Source of the DNA: an uncultured delta proteobacterium
Lineage (GTDB): Bacteria; Myxococcota; Kuafuiibacteriia; Kuafuiibacteriales; Kuafuiibacteriaceae
Reading direction: 5' to 3'
Assembly (NCBI GenBank): GCA_963803435.1
Contig: CAWDML010000001.1
Coordinates: forward strand, 2,208,001-2,272,000
Length of the DNA stretch: 64,000 nucleotides
Both the position numbers and the translations under genes were made by a program. This document shows, one piece after another, positions 11,674-23,080 of the stretch (position 1 is the first letter of the stretch; the number at the start of each line of letters is the position of its first letter). The notes under the pieces are model-generated. The model worked only from the letters and a program-made list of their open reading frames with translations, was not told the DNA's origin and ran no database searches.

Positions 11674-13026
11674 TTACGGCGGGCAGAATCCAGTACGTGG
11701 TGCGCAGTAGTGCCGGAGAATCTTGGGCTGCTGCGTGACAGGATCGCAGCAGAAGCCGCGCGGAGGTTCGTTCAACAGCTCAGTCAACAGGCACACCGTG
11801 CCCTCGTCTTCGCACGGGCCCGACGTCTCCGGATCACAGGAGAAGTAGGTGTCGGCGCAGAGCATGCCGCCCGGACAATCGACCTCTCCGACACACTCGA
11901 TGCCACACACGCCGACGGAGCCGATCCCCTCGATGATGCTCTCGACGCAGGGATCCTCGCCGCAGCCCTGGTCGCAGGCGCGGCATTGATTGGGATCGGG
12001 CGAGCCGCACGTCTCGTTCGTGGTGTCACAGAACGACCGCAGCGGGCACAGCGTGCTGTCCTCGCAGCGGCCGGCCTCGCACTGACCGGCGATGCAGACC
12101 GCGTCGAGCGGGCAGTCGCCGGTGCTCCGGCATCCGCTCACACACGCCTCCGATAGGGGATCGCAGATCTGTCCGATCGGGCAATGGGCGTCCTCCCCGC
12201 ACAGGCCCTCCTCGAGGCACTGTGCGGCGGCGACATGGCAGAAGAAGCCATCGGGGCAATCGAGGTTGCTGCCGCACCCCGTCAAGGATTGGCAGGAGCC
12301 GAACGCGTTACAGAACGCGTCGGAGGCACAGTCTTCGGGGCCGGTGCAGATGCATCGGCCGCTCGCCTGCTCGCAGGTGAGACCCGGAGGGCAGACCGCG
12401 TCCGACCCGCAGCCGCAGTTGCCGTTGGGAAGCTCGACGAAGCCGTCCGGGCAGCACCCGACCCCGGTGCAGACGCACGCCTTGGCCCCCGCGCTGTAGA
12501 CGTCGCCTTCGGGACAGCAGCCGTCATTCGCGCAGGTGCATCCGCCGCCGACCTCGTCGTAGCGATAGCCGACCGGGCAGCAGCCGTCCGCGTGACAGGC
12601 GCATTTCGCCTCGGTCTCGTCGAACCGGAAGCCCGGCGGGCAGCAGGCGTCGCCCGCGCAGACGCAGCTCGCCGTCTCGGGATCGAAGACGTGATCGCTG
12701 GGACAGCAGACGTCGCTCTCGCAAATGCAGCTGAAGGTGGGCGCATCGAAGCGCGTGCCCTCGGGACAGCAGGCGTCACTCTCGCACACGCAGGTGTCCG
12801 CCTCGGTCGAGGTGGAGGCGAAGAACGTGAAGCCCTCTGGGCAGCAGGCGTCGGAGGTGCAGCGACAGGTGCCCTCGACGCACGCCATGCCCTCCGGGCA
12901 CGCGCCGTCGTTCATGCATACGCAGTCGCCGTCGCTGGAGAGCTCGAAGCCGAGCGGGCAGCCGCTCTCGAGCGGGCTCCGGCCGCACGCGAACAGCAGC
13001 CCGAGCCACAGGCTAGAGCGCCACAT
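11674..13026 (-). CDS. Cys-rich repeat lipoprotein
   Basis: LFAC lipobox; about eight units of about 21 aa C.C..D.CCP.G..F. Confidence 0.75.
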   Translation of the reverse strand: MWRSSLWLGLLFACGRSPLESGCPLGFELSSDGDCVCMNDGACPEGMACVEGTCRCTSDACCPEGFTFFASTSTEADTCVCESDACCPEGTRFDAPTFSCICESDVCCPSDHVFDPETASCVCAGDACCPPGFRFDETEAKCACHADGCCPVGYRYDEVGGGCTCANDGCCPEGDVYSAGAKACVCTGVGCCPDGFVELPNGNCGCGSDAVCPPGLTCEQASGRCICTGPEDCASDAFCNAFGSCQSLTGCGSNLDCPDGFFCHVAAAQCLEEGLCGEDAHCPIGQICDPLSEACVSGCRSTGDCPLDAVCIAGQCEAGRCEDSTLCPLRSFCDTTNETCGSPDPNQCRACDQGCGEDPCVESIIEGIGSVGVCGIECVGEVDCPGGMLCADTYFSCDPETSGPCEDEGTVCLLTELLNEPPRGFCCDPVTQQPKILRHYCAPRTGFCPP

Positions 13027-14107
13027 CGTACTCGATCCTGATCTCCGCCCCCGGGGGCGGGACGTAGGCACCGGGGAACTCGACGCCGCGGCGATCCGCG
13101 CGGAGCACCCAGCCCATGGTGGCGCTCATGGGGATCTCGACGCCGTCGACGAACACGTGGACGGTGGTGCCCGGGGGCGCCGACAGCGGAAAGAAGCGGC
13201 GCAGGCCGGCCAGCGTGATCGCCAACTCCTCCACGAAGGGTGCGAAGTCGGCGGTGCAGATGCTCTCGATCAGCCCGTTCGTCCGGCGCGCCACTTCGAG
13301 ATACCGATCCCCGGACTGCGCGCGCGCGCCGAAGATCCGCTCCTCTCCAGGCGCGACGCAGCCGTCGGGTTCGGGACCGACGACGGCCGAGAGCGAGACA
13401 TTCACCTCGCGACCCGGGCCTTTGATCGAGCTCAGAAAGCGCACGTACTGATCGACCGTCCCGAGCGAGCCGTCGTCCTCGTCGCTGACCACGATGATCG
13501 CGAGCGCCGCCTCGTCGCGCAGGAAGCCGGCGTTGAAGCCGCCGATCAGGGGCGCGGTGAGCGCGGTCGACATGGCGGCCAGGCCTTCCTCGAGCCTGAT
13601 CTGGAGATCGTCGGGGAACGAGACGGCCTGCTCGAACACCAGGTCGGGGTTGGCGGTGCTCGGATCGATGAAGCGCGGGTCGCCGCGCAAGCGGCCTCGG
13701 TCGGCGCTGGGCGTCGTGAGGTCCGTGCTGGTGACGCCGACGTGATAGTCCACGTCGGCCTGGACCAGCACCGAGAGAAAGCGATGGAACTGGGTGGCCA
13801 GCCGGTCGCGCTCGTTGCTGAGGCTCGCCGAGTTGTCCACGATCCAGAGGACGTCGACGACGGCACGCTCCTGGGCGAAGAGGTCCGTCTGTCTGGGCCC
13901 GCGGACGATCGGTGGCAGAAGCTCGACCGGCAGGATCTCGGGCGGCGTCGGGTCGGTGGGCGTCACCTTCGCCTCTGCGACGTCCGGCGTGATGATGCGG
14001 GGCCGAACACGCGCGCGTCCGAAGGGCCCCGTCGGGTCGCTCCCACCGCAGTTGCAGGCCCCGGCCGTGGTCAGCAGCAACAACAGCGGCACCAGGGCGA
14101 CCTGCAT
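13013..14107 (-). CDS. vWA-like lipoprotein (myxobacterial type)
   Basis: AGAC lipobox; VDVLWIVDNSAS (MIDAS DxSxS); GFLRDEAALAIIVVSDEDD. Confidence 0.75.
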   Translation of the reverse strand: MQVALVPLLLLLTTAGACNCGGSDPTGPFGRARVRPRIITPDVAEAKVTPTDPTPPEILPVELLPPIVRGPRQTDLFAQERAVVDVLWIVDNSASLSNERDRLATQFHRFLSVLVQADVDYHVGVTSTDLTTPSADRGRLRGDPRFIDPSTANPDLVFEQAVSFPDDLQIRLEEGLAAMSTALTAPLIGGFNAGFLRDEAALAIIVVSDEDDGSLGTVDQYVRFLSSIKGPGREVNVSLSAVVGPEPDGCVAPGEERIFGARAQSGDRYLEVARRTNGLIESICTADFAPFVEELAITLAGLRRFFPLSAPPGTTVHVFVDGVEIPMSATMGWVLRADRRGVEFPGAYVPPPGAEIRIEYDVAL

Positions 14108-14194
14108 CGAGCGCACTCCGTCAATGCTCCCCACCGTAGGTGCCTCGCGCCTCCCGAACCTTACCGGCTCGCTGGCGGAATGGGCGGGCAAACC

Positions 14195-15001
14195 TCAAAA
14201 GACCCCTCCGACCGTCGCCATCGCGCCATCCTCGAAAGGCGCCATCGCGATCTTCATCGACGGCCCGATCCGGTGGAGGTGCGGGACCAGCAGGCCGATG
14301 CTGGCGCCGGCCAGGCCCCCCGCGATCACGTCGGTGGGAAAGTGAGCGCCCGAGCGCACGCGCTGGTAGCCGACCAGCGCGGTCAGGGCCACGCCGACCC
14401 CCGTGACGATCCAGCCCTCCAGCGGATCCCTCTCGAATGCAAGATAGCTTGCCGTAGCAGCCAACCCGGCACAGATGGACGTGTGACCGGAGTAGAAGGC
14501 GAGCGCGCTGTTGGTGTCCGAGCTGACCATCCCCGTCTGTCGTAGCTCCCGATACGCGAGCGGGCGCGGGCGCCGCACCGCGATCTTGACGAGATCCGTC
14601 ACGGCGAAGTTCACGACCGCACTCTCGGCGTACATCAGAAGGTAGGCGATCGGCGATTCGCCGCGATCGAGGATCGTCGCCGCTGCGATGTCGGCGACGG
14701 CGTAGGCCGCGGCGAGGCCGACGCCGAGGTTGCTGAGCAGCGAGCCGCTCGGCTCGGGTTCGTCCTTGAGGGCGGTCGGCCGGTCGATGGCGAGGAGGAC
14801 GCTCGGATCGGTCGGCTCCTGCGGGCGAAGCTCGCCCGTCCGGATGATCAGCTCGAGCAGGACTCCGAAGGCGAGGCTGGCGCCGATGGTGCCGGCGTCG
14901 CCGAGCGGATCCACGCCGAACGCCGGAAGCTCCGCGGCCGCAGTGGAGGTGGACGCGGTGGCGGGCGCCGCCCAGAACGTCAGGAGAAGGATGGGGATCA
15001 T
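14195..15001 (-). CDS. PAP2-family phosphatase
   Basis: K..V.R.RP, FYSGHTS, QRVRSGAHFPTDV. Confidence 0.88.
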   Translation of the reverse strand: MIPILLLTFWAAPATASTSTAAAELPAFGVDPLGDAGTIGASLAFGVLLELIIRTGELRPQEPTDPSVLLAIDRPTALKDEPEPSGSLLSNLGVGLAAAYAVADIAAATILDRGESPIAYLLMYAESAVVNFAVTDLVKIAVRRPRPLAYRELRQTGMVSSDTNSALAFYSGHTSICAGLAATASYLAFERDPLEGWIVTGVGVALTALVGYQRVRSGAHFPTDVIAGGLAGASIGLLVPHLHRIGPSMKIAMAPFEDGAMATVGGVF

Positions 15002-15152
15002 CGCGGCCGAGCCTGCCCTCCGCAGAGATCGGCGTCACGCGCGCGACGGGCCGCACACCGGAAATGCGAGCCGGACCCCCGGAAAGATCGAGGTAGGTGA
15101 TTGGATCCTGATGTGGGTTATGGTGTGCTCTTACCGACCAGGAGTCACCGCC

Positions 15153-15422
15153 ATGCACCTGTACCGCATCCTCAACCACCGCACCGGGCTGTACCTCGAC
15201 CTGCACGGTCGCTGGACCGACGTCGGCCGCCTCATGACCCGGGATGAGCTCGAGACCCTCCGGGGCGCCGACCCGGAGCTCTACCCGGACGACGTGGAGA
15301 TCGAGCGCGTCGCGATCCGGGTGCTCGCTCGCTTTGGCTTCGACGAGGAGATCCCGAACGTCGCCGAGCGCGCCGACCAGGCCCGCAAGGCCCTGGCGCG
15401 ATACACCTCCCACGCGGCCTGA
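15153..15422 (+). CDS. Small hypothetical protein
   Basis: AGGAG RBS, ATG at 15153, GC3-rich codons, 89 aa. Confidence 0.6.
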   Translation: MHLYRILNHRTGLYLDLHGRWTDVGRLMTRDELETLRGADPELYPDDVEIERVAIRVLARFGFDEEIPNVAERADQARKALARYTSHAA

Positions 15423-15428
15423 GCCGGG

Positions 15429-16205
15429 CTACGCCGCCACGGTATCGCGGCGGGCTTCCAGCTCCCGCGCCAGCGCCAGATAGCACTGCGATCCGCGGCT
15501 CGCGAGATCGTACAGGATGCAAGGCTGGCCGAAGCTGGGCGCCTCGGAGAGCCGGATGTTCCGCGGGATCATGGTCTGGAAGACCTTGTCCGAGAAGTAG
15601 CCGCGGACCTCGGTGACGACCTGATGCGCGAGGTTGTTCCGGGGATCGTACATCGTAAAGACGATGCCCTCGATCTCGAGGGCGGGGTTGAGGCTGTCCC
15701 GCACCATCTCGATGGTCTCGGTGAGCTTCGAGAGGCCCTCCATCGCGTAGTACTCGCACTGGACGGGGATGAGCACGGTGTCCGCGGCGGTCAGCGCGTT
15801 CACCGTCAGGAGATCGAGCGACGGCGGGCAGTCGATCACGATGTAGTCGTAGCGATCGCGGATCGGCGCCAGGATCTGGCGCATCTTCGTGTGCGGATCC
15901 TCGAGGCTCGCCAGCTCGAGCGCGGCGCCCGCCAGGTCCGAAGAGGCCGGCGCCACGCCGAGGGTCTCGAGCCCCGTTGGCAGGATGATCTCGTCGAGGG
16001 CCCGCCCGCCGATGAGCGCGTCATAGACGCCGGCGTCGAGCTCGCGGGTCGCGATGCCCACGCCGCTGGAGGCGTTACCCTGCGGATCCGTGTCGACGAT
16101 CAGCACCCTCTTCCCTTCGGCCGCCAGCGAGGCGCCCAGGTTCACGGCGGTGGTTGTTTTTCCGACGCCGCCTTTTTGATTCGCGATGGCGATGACACGG
16201 CACAC
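15429..16205 (-). CDS. parA: ParA/Soj family ATPase
   Basis: NQKGGVGKTT, DTDPQGN, IDCPPS, PVQCEYYAMEG, IPRNIRLSEAPSFG. Confidence 0.92.
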   Translation of the reverse strand: MCRVIAIANQKGGVGKTTTAVNLGASLAAEGKRVLIVDTDPQGNASSGVGIATRELDAGVYDALIGGRALDEIILPTGLETLGVAPASSDLAGAALELASLEDPHTKMRQILAPIRDRYDYIVIDCPPSLDLLTVNALTAADTVLIPVQCEYYAMEGLSKLTETIEMVRDSLNPALEIEGIVFTMYDPRNNLAHQVVTEVRGYFSDKVFQTMIPRNIRLSEAPSFGQPCILYDLASRGSQCYLALARELEARRDTVAA

Positions 16206-16247
16206 GAGAGCAATGGCGGTAGCACGCGCGCGGAGGAGCTCGCAACG

Positions 16248-16265
16248 GTTGACACGCGAGTCAAC
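16248..16265. promoter_or_regulatory. Palindrome GTTGAC-N6-GTCAAC overlapping a putative etfB -35 (TTGACA-N18-TACACC)
   Basis: GTTGACACGCGAGTCAAC in the parA/etfB divergent gap. Confidence 0.45.
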
Positions 16266-16314
16266 GCCCTCGTACACCGCCAGCGGCTGACACGCTGCGC
16301 CAAAGGAGGAAGGG

Positions 16315-17106
16315 ATGAAGATCCTGGTCACCGTCAAACGCGTCACGGATTACGAGCGGAAAGTGAAGATTGCGCCCGACGGGTCCGCTCTGGTCACCGA
16401 GGGGATGAACTTCGTCGCCAATCCTTTCGACGAGATCGCGGTGGAGGAGGCGCTCCGGCTGGTGAAGGTCCACGGCGGTGAGATCGTCGTGGTCAGCGTC
16501 GGCCCGAAAGATGCGAGCCAGCAGATCCGACAGGCGCTCGCGATGGGCGCGAACCGCGGGATCTTGGTGGTGAGCGACGCCGAGACCGATCCGGACGCCG
16601 TCGCCCGCGTGCTGGTGAAGATCGTGGGCGATGAGAAGCCCGACCTCGTGATCATGGGGAAGCAGGCCACCGACGACGACGCGAATCAGGTCGGCCAGCT
16701 CCTCGGCGGGTACCTGGACTGGCCGCAGGCCACCTTCGCTTCGAAGGTCGAGGGTCTCGACTCGGAGTCTGAGAAGGCGCAGCAGCCCGGCATCGCGATC
16801 GCGGGCGACAAGGCCACCGTGATCCGCGAGGTCGACGGCGGGCTGGAGACGCTCGAGCTCACCCTGCCGGCGCTGATCACCACCGATCTGCGGCTCAACC
16901 ACCCGCGCTTCGCTTCGCTCCCCGGGATCATGAAGGCGAAGAAGAAGGAGATCAAAGAGATCCCCATCGGGAGTATTGGAATCGACGTCTCGCCGAAGGT
17001 CCGCAACGTCAAGTACGCGGAGCCTCCGGCACGCAAGGCCGGCGTCGTGGTCCCCGACGTGGACACACTGATCGACAAGCTGAAGAACGAAGCCAAGGTC
17101 ATCTGA
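16315..17106 (+). CDS. etfB: Electron transfer flavoprotein beta subunit
   Basis: MKILVTVKRV.D, NPFDEIAVEEA, GKQATDDD, REVDGGLE. Confidence 0.95.
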   Translation: MKILVTVKRVTDYERKVKIAPDGSALVTEGMNFVANPFDEIAVEEALRLVKVHGGEIVVVSVGPKDASQQIRQALAMGANRGILVVSDAETDPDAVARVLVKIVGDEKPDLVIMGKQATDDDANQVGQLLGGYLDWPQATFASKVEGLDSESEKAQQPGIAIAGDKATVIREVDGGLETLELTLPALITTDLRLNHPRFASLPGIMKAKKKEIKEIPIGSIGIDVSPKVRNVKYAEPPARKAGVVVPDVDTLIDKLKNEAKVI

Positions 17107-17122
17107 CGAAGGGAGCCGAGAG

Positions 17123-18073
17123 ATGTCGAACGTTCTGGTCGTCGCAGAGATCGCAGAAGGAACCGTCAAGAAGACCACGCTCACGTCCATCACGTTTGCG
17201 CGCCAGGCCGCAGAGCGGACCGGCGGCAACGTGCAGGGTCTGGTGATCGGATCGGGCGCAGGCGCCGCCGCGGCCGAGCTCGCGAAGTACGTCAGCGCCG
17301 TGCACTTCGCCGACGCACCCGGCCTCGAGAATCCCACCGCCGAGGCCTACGCCAAGGCGATCGCAGCCGGGGCCAAGGCGGCGGGCGCGGGCATCGTCTG
17401 TATGGCCGCCACCGCGCACGGCAAGGACGTGATGCCGCGGGCGGCCGCGCTCCTCGGCGCCGGCATGGCGTCGGACATCCTGGGCTTCGCGGGTCAGGGA
17501 CTCTCCGTGACGCGACCGGTCCAGGCCGGCAACGTCATCGCGACGGTCGAGATCACCACCGACGTCAAGGTGATCACCACGCGGCCGACCGAGTTCGAGG
17601 CCGCGCAGCCCGCCGCCGCCGCCGGCGCGGTCAGCCCGCTCGCGGTCGAGCTGGGCGCGATGAAGACGCGCTTCGTGAAGTTCGATCGTGTCGCCTCGGA
17701 GCGCCCGGAGCTCACCGAGGCGCGCGTGGTCGTCTCGGGCGGACGCGGCCTCAAGGAGGCAGGCAACTTCGCCAAGCTGGTGGAGCCGCTCGCCGACAAG
17801 CTCAACGCGGGGATCGGGGCCAGCCGGGCCGTGGTCGACGCCGGCTGGGTCCCGAACGACATGCAGGTCGGGCAAACCGGGAAGGTGGTCGCACCCGACC
17901 TGTACATCGCCGTCGGCATCTCGGGCGCGATCCAGCACGTCGCCGGGATGAAGGGCAGCAAGACGATCGTCGCCATCAACAAGGATCCGGAGGCGCCGAT
18001 CTTCCAGATCGCCGACTATGGCCTGGTGGCGGACCTCTTCAAGGCCGTCCCCGAGCTGACCGAGAAGCTGTAG
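17123..18073 (+). CDS. etfA: Electron transfer flavoprotein alpha subunit
   Basis: [34 protein letters not shown]. Confidence 0.95.
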   Translation: MSNVLVVAEIAEGTVKKTTLTSITFARQAAERTGGNVQGLVIGSGAGAAAAELAKYVSAVHFADAPGLENPTAEAYAKAIAAGAKAAGAGIVCMAATAHGKDVMPRAAALLGAGMASDILGFAGQGLSVTRPVQAGNVIATVEITTDVKVITTRPTEFEAAQPAAAAGAVSPLAVELGAMKTRFVKFDRVASERPELTEARVVVSGGRGLKEAGNFAKLVEPLADKLNAGIGASRAVVDAGWVPNDMQVGQTGKVVAPDLYIAVGISGAIQHVAGMKGSKTIVAINKDPEAPIFQIADYGLVADLFKAVPELTEKL

Positions 18074-18108
18074 CGGGTCGGTTTGCGTGCTACCTTCTCC
18101 GCGCTCGG

Positions 18109-19599
18109 ATGCACGCGGAGCTCCTGATCAATCGAGACCTCGGCGAGACCCGGGTCGCGCTCCTGGAGGAAGGGGTCGTCAAGGAGCTCTACGTCGAGCG
18201 TGACGACGAGCGCGGCGTCGCGGGCAACGTCTATCTGGGAAAGGTCACGCGGGTGCTGCCCGGGATGGACGCGGCCTTCGTCGACATCGGGCTCGAGCGG
18301 GCGGCCTTCCTCTACGTCGACGACGTGGTCCGCCCCGGCGAGGAGCCCGACGAGGAGCCGGTGGCAAAGGAGAGCCCCTCGATCGGGTCGCTGCTCGCCG
18401 AGGGCCAGATCATCACGGTCCAGGTGGCGAAGGAGCCGATCGGGACCAAGGGCGCGCGCGTCACCAACTACGTCACCATCCCGGGCCGCTACGTGGTGTA
18501 CATGCCGACGCTCGATCGGATCGGGGTCTCGCGGAAGATCACGGACGACGCCGAGCGCCAGCGTCTCAAGAGCGTGCTCGAGTCGCTGCAGCGGCCGAAC
18601 GAGGGCGGGTTCATCGCGCGGACGGTCTGCCGGGGCCTGGGCGCCGAGGAGCTGGCGCACGACCTCGAGCTGGTTCGATCCGTCTGGCGCGACCTTCGCG
18701 GCAAAGCCACACAGGCCGCCCCTCCGGCACTGCTGGCGCGCGATCTGGACCTGGTGCTGCGCGCGACGCGCGACCTGTTCACCGAGGGGATCGATCGCCT
18801 GGTGATCGACTCGGCCGAGGACGGCGGGCGCATCGAGAAGCTCGTGATGAGCTACGCGCCCGAGCTGGTGTCGCGGATCGAGGTGGCCGAGGACGCCGTC
18901 CCGCTCTTCGATCGCTTCGGGATCGAGGCCGAGATCGAGCGGGCGTTGATCCGGAAAATGACGCTCAAGAGCGGCGTCACGATCGTGATCGACGAGGCCG
19001 AGGCGCTGACCGCGATCGACGTGAACACCGGGCGTTTCGTCGGCTCACGCGACCTCGAGGCCACGATCCTCAAGACCAACCTGGACGCGGCCAAGGCGAT
19101 CGCCGCCCAGATCCGGCTGCGGAACCTGGCGGGAATCATCATCATCGACTTCATCGACATGCAGCGACCGGAGAGCCGCAACAAGGTCTACGAGACCTTC
19201 ATGGAGGAGATGGCGAAGGATCGCGCCAAGACGCACGTCCTCCCGATCACCGGCGTCGGGCTGGTGCAGATGACCCGCCAGCGGGTGCGGACCTCGCTGG
19301 GCCGGACGCTGACCGAGCCCTGCCCGTACTGCGACGGGCGAGGACGCCTGCGCTCGAAGACGACGATCTGCCACGACGTGTTCCGGGAGGTGCGGCGCCA
19401 GGCCCACGCCCACCCGCAGGGGGCGATCGTGGTGAGCGCGATGCCCGAGGTGGCGGCGCTGCTCTCGGAGGAGCACCACGACCGGTTGATCGACCTGGAG
19501 AAGCGCCTCGAGCGATCGATCGTGGTCGAGGCGCGCGGTGATCTCCACCAGGAGGTCTATCAGGTCGCGGTGCGGCCGCGCTCGCTGGAGCTACCGTGA
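18109..19599 (+). CDS. rng: Ribonuclease G (Rne/Rng family)
   Basis: S1 domain GNVYLGKV..VLPGMDAAFVDIG; IDVNTG; IIIIDFIDM; CPYCDG Zn-link; 496 aa. Confidence 0.92.
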   Translation: MHAELLINRDLGETRVALLEEGVVKELYVERDDERGVAGNVYLGKVTRVLPGMDAAFVDIGLERAAFLYVDDVVRPGEEPDEEPVAKESPSIGSLLAEGQIITVQVAKEPIGTKGARVTNYVTIPGRYVVYMPTLDRIGVSRKITDDAERQRLKSVLESLQRPNEGGFIARTVCRGLGAEELAHDLELVRSVWRDLRGKATQAAPPALLARDLDLVLRATRDLFTEGIDRLVIDSAEDGGRIEKLVMSYAPELVSRIEVAEDAVPLFDRFGIEAEIERALIRKMTLKSGVTIVIDEAEALTAIDVNTGRFVGSRDLEATILKTNLDAAKAIAAQIRLRNLAGIIIIDFIDMQRPESRNKVYETFMEEMAKDRAKTHVLPITGVGLVQMTRQRVRTSLGRTLTEPCPYCDGRGRLRSKTTICHDVFREVRRQAHAHPQGAIVVSAMPEVAALLSEEHHDRLIDLEKRLERSIVVEARGDLHQEVYQVAVRPRSLELP

Positions 19600-21633
19600 A
19601 CGCGGTGCCGATCCTGCTCCTCGTGCTGTCGCAGTTCGACGCGCCCCCGATCACGGTGGTGAAGCCGGGCGGCGGCTATCTGACGGCGGACGGGATCTCG
19701 GAGGTGCCGCTCGAGGTCGTGCTCAACGGCGGCGGCGAGGTCAACAGCGCCAAGATCCGCGCCGAGGCCGGCAACGTGGGGCGGACCAACGTCATCACCG
19801 GTAACCGCGTGCGCTTCATGTACAAGGTTCCGAAGTCGAGCTCGACGGTCGAGGAGGTGCTCGACATCCAGCTTCGCCTCGAGAACGGCAACACCACCTC
19901 CACGATCTACACGCTGGTAATCGATCCGCCCTCCACCACCGAGATCAGTCTCTCGGCGAGCCCGGAGATCTTCGACGCCGAGTCCCCCCCGATCGTAGCG
20001 CTGTCGGCGCGCGCCAGCGGGCACGATCTGGAGGCGCTCCAGATCTTCGCGGACAAGGGCGAGGTCGTGGACGAGACGCTCACCGGAGATGCCTCGAACC
20101 TCGAGGTGCACGGCGAGCTGACGCCGCCCGATCTCCCGCCCGACGCGCCCAGCCACATGACGCTGATCGCGGTCGCCTCCTCCCTCTCCAGCTACGGCGT
20201 GGCGGTCGGCGGCGTGAGCGCACGGGCGCCGGTGCGGCTCTCGGTCGAGATCCCGCCAGGCAGCAGGCTCGAGATTGAGGGCGCGGAGAACTCGCCCGAG
20301 CCGGTCACCGCGCCGGCGGACGGGCGAACGGTGATGGACGACGTCCTGGTCCGGTACGGCTCCCGGGTCCGCGCCTTCGTGGTGGACAAGGGGAAGAGAA
20401 AGCCGCTCTCAGTGGTGCTGCCCACCGGGTTGGTCTCGCCGGGCGTGGTGGCGCCGATCCCAGGCCAGACGATCGCTGACGGAGGCACGGGCCCGTCGCT
20501 GGTGGTCGCGGTCCCGCCCTCGGCCCTGGGCGGCAAGCCGTTCTGGCCCGACCTGGCGGTCGAAGGCGCGAAGCTGGTCAAGACGATCGACATCGCGGAG
20601 AACGCCAAGGTCCTGGTGCTCCAGCGGCCGGTCGACGGCGGAAGGGTGACCGTCCTCCTCGACGAGGTACCGGCGGGCGAGATCGACTTCACCTCCTCCC
20701 GCGGTGTCAGCATCGACATCGATCCGGCCTCCACGGAGCGAGGCGAGCGCGCCGCCGCGATCGCGGTCGTGCACGACTCGCGGGGGCAGCCGACGGATCT
20801 TCCGGTGCCGCGCGTGCGCAGCGACGACGGCACGGTCCTGACGCCGAAGCGGACCGGGCCCGGCCAGTACCGCGTGGCGCTGGAGCCGGGGAGCCCGGGC
20901 GCGCCCGGCGACGAGATTGAGCTGACGGCCGAGCTGCCGCCCGCGCCGGTCATCGCGGGCGATGCGCTCGAGCTGATTCTCGGCGCGGACGAAGGTGACC
21001 TTGGAGGGCCCGCCGCCCGCGGTGCGGGTCCAAGAGACGCCCAAGGTCGAGACCGAGCTCGAGAAGGCGCACCAGGAGCCAAGCGAGCCGGCGGACCAGA
21101 GCCTGGGCGTGGGCTTCGCAGCGGTCGGTCTCGTGGGCGCGTCGTTCGGGCAGCTCCTGGTCGTCGGCGGCGGGCTGCAGCTCGAGATGCGGATGCCGTT
21201 CTGGGAGCGGCGCCTCGGTGCCCGCACCGGCGTCGAGTTCGTGCATCACAGCGGGAGCGGGAAGGCTCGATTCGGCGAGGGCACGCTGGACGCAAAAACG
21301 CGCATCGCCGGCTTCCTCATCCCCTTCGAGGTCATTTTTGCGTATGTCACCACGAGCGCGTTCGAGGCCACGATCCGCGGCGGTGGCGACGTGCGGTTCG
21401 AGCGGGGCGTGGTCACGATCGGCGGGGACAGCCCGGGCGGCATCTCGAACGTGGGATTCTCCGGCCGGGTGGGGCTCGACGCGATCTTCAAGATCGACGC
21501 CGGTCACATCACGGTCGGCGCGACGCTCGGAGGGCTCGGATCCAGCGCTTCGCGGTTCTCCACTCCGAACGCCGCGCTCTCCGGCTCGCTGCTCAGCCTG
21601 CGCGGAGATGTATCGTACGGGTTCTGGTTCTGA
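19596..21633 (+). CDS. Large exported protein, Ig-like region plus C-terminal beta-barrel-like domain; frameshift at about 20985
   Basis: ORF 19596.. is GC3-typical to about 20985, then continues in ORF 20995..21633 ending YGFWF (aromatic OMP-like end). Confidence 0.55.
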
Positions 21634-21691
21634 GCGCTGATCGAGGTCAATATGCGGCGGGCCGCACCCGTCGAACGGCCAGCGGCTAGGC

Positions 21692-23078
21692 ATGATCGCA
21701 TCTGCTCTCGCGCTGCCGGCGCTCCTCGTGGCTCTCGCCCAGGTGCCGCACGCCACCACGGCCACGGCCGCGGGCGACAGCGATGCCTTCGACGCCCTCA
21801 TGGGCCAGCCGCCGATCGAGGACGACGCCTTCGGTCGGCCGGCGCTCTTCATCGAGGCGATCGAGCTGGTCGGAAACGACAAGACCAGCGACAGCGTGAT
21901 CCTCCGCCGGATCCTCCTCGAGGTCGGCGATCTGATCGACGACCAGAAGGTGGAGGAGTCGCGGCTCCGCCTCCTCTCCACTGGGTTCTTCAAGTCGGTC
22001 GAGTTCAGCCTGCGGCGCGGGTCGAAGCGCGGACGGGTGCTGCTGATCGTGGAGGTGGTGGAGCGGAACACGATCCTGATCGACGAGCTCTACCTGGGCT
22101 TCTCTTCGGTCGCCCCGATCTTCGGCGGCTTCGGCGTGGTGGAGAACAACTTCCTGGGCCGCGGCGTCACCACCGGCGCCAGCTTCGTGGTCGGCCGCGA
22201 TCGGCGCGCGCTCCTCGTCCGCTTCTTCGTCCCCGACCTCTCCAACACGCCGCTGCAGCTCTCCGGATCGGCGATCCTGCTCCAGGGCGCAGAGCTCCTC
22301 GATCAAGAGAACCCGGACGGCGAGCAGATCCACTACCGGCGGTACGGCGGCACGCTGGGCGTCGGGATCGGAGTGGCGCCCGCCCAGCGCGTCTCGCTGA
22401 TCTACCGGCTCGAGTCGGTCCACACCGATCGACTGCCGAACCTCGACCCGGCGATCCTGCGCGGTGCGCCCTCGATCCAGTTCGACGACTCGGTCCTCTC
22501 CACGCTCTCGCTCACCTACGAGCGCGACACCCGCGACGACGCCTTCGTCCCCACGCAGGGCGATCGGGTCTCGCTCGGCGTGGAGCTGGGGACCTCGCTG
22601 ATCGGCTCCAGCTACGAGTTCAGCAAGTACACCGCCGAGTACCAGCACGCGTTCCTGCTCTTCGGCTCTCACAGCCTGCTGGTCTCGGCGTTCGGCGGCC
22701 TGATCCAGGGGCACGCGCCGTTCTTCAACCAGTTCTTCATCAGCGACTACGCCTACTTCGCGTTCGGTCGCGACTCGCTGCCGCGCAACGCCGAGCTGAA
22801 CTTCTCGGAGTCGAACGACTACGACGATCTGATCATCAACGCGAACGTCACCTACAACGTGCCGCTCCAGTCGGGCGGCTCGCTCCTGCTCCGGACCTTC
22901 TTCTACGGCGGCCTGGGGGTGACGGCGACCGCCTCCCTCGACGAGCTGCAGGAGGACCCGAGCGGGCGCGGCACCGGAGGCAAGGTCCCGATTCTCGTTC
23001 GACGCCGGCATCAAGCTCGACACGTTCGTGGGCAACTTCACGCTCTCGGTCGCCTACATCGTCGATCTGGTGCTGTGA
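21692..23078 (+). CDS. Omp85/BamA-TamA family protein with one POTRA domain; frameshift at about 22995
   Basis: IEAIELVGNDKT..VILR, TGFF..V, ENNFLGRG, DTRDDAFVPTQG; last strands SFDAGIKLDTFVGNFTLSVAY in another frame, stop at 23078. Confidence 0.75.
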
Positions 23079-23080
23079 CC

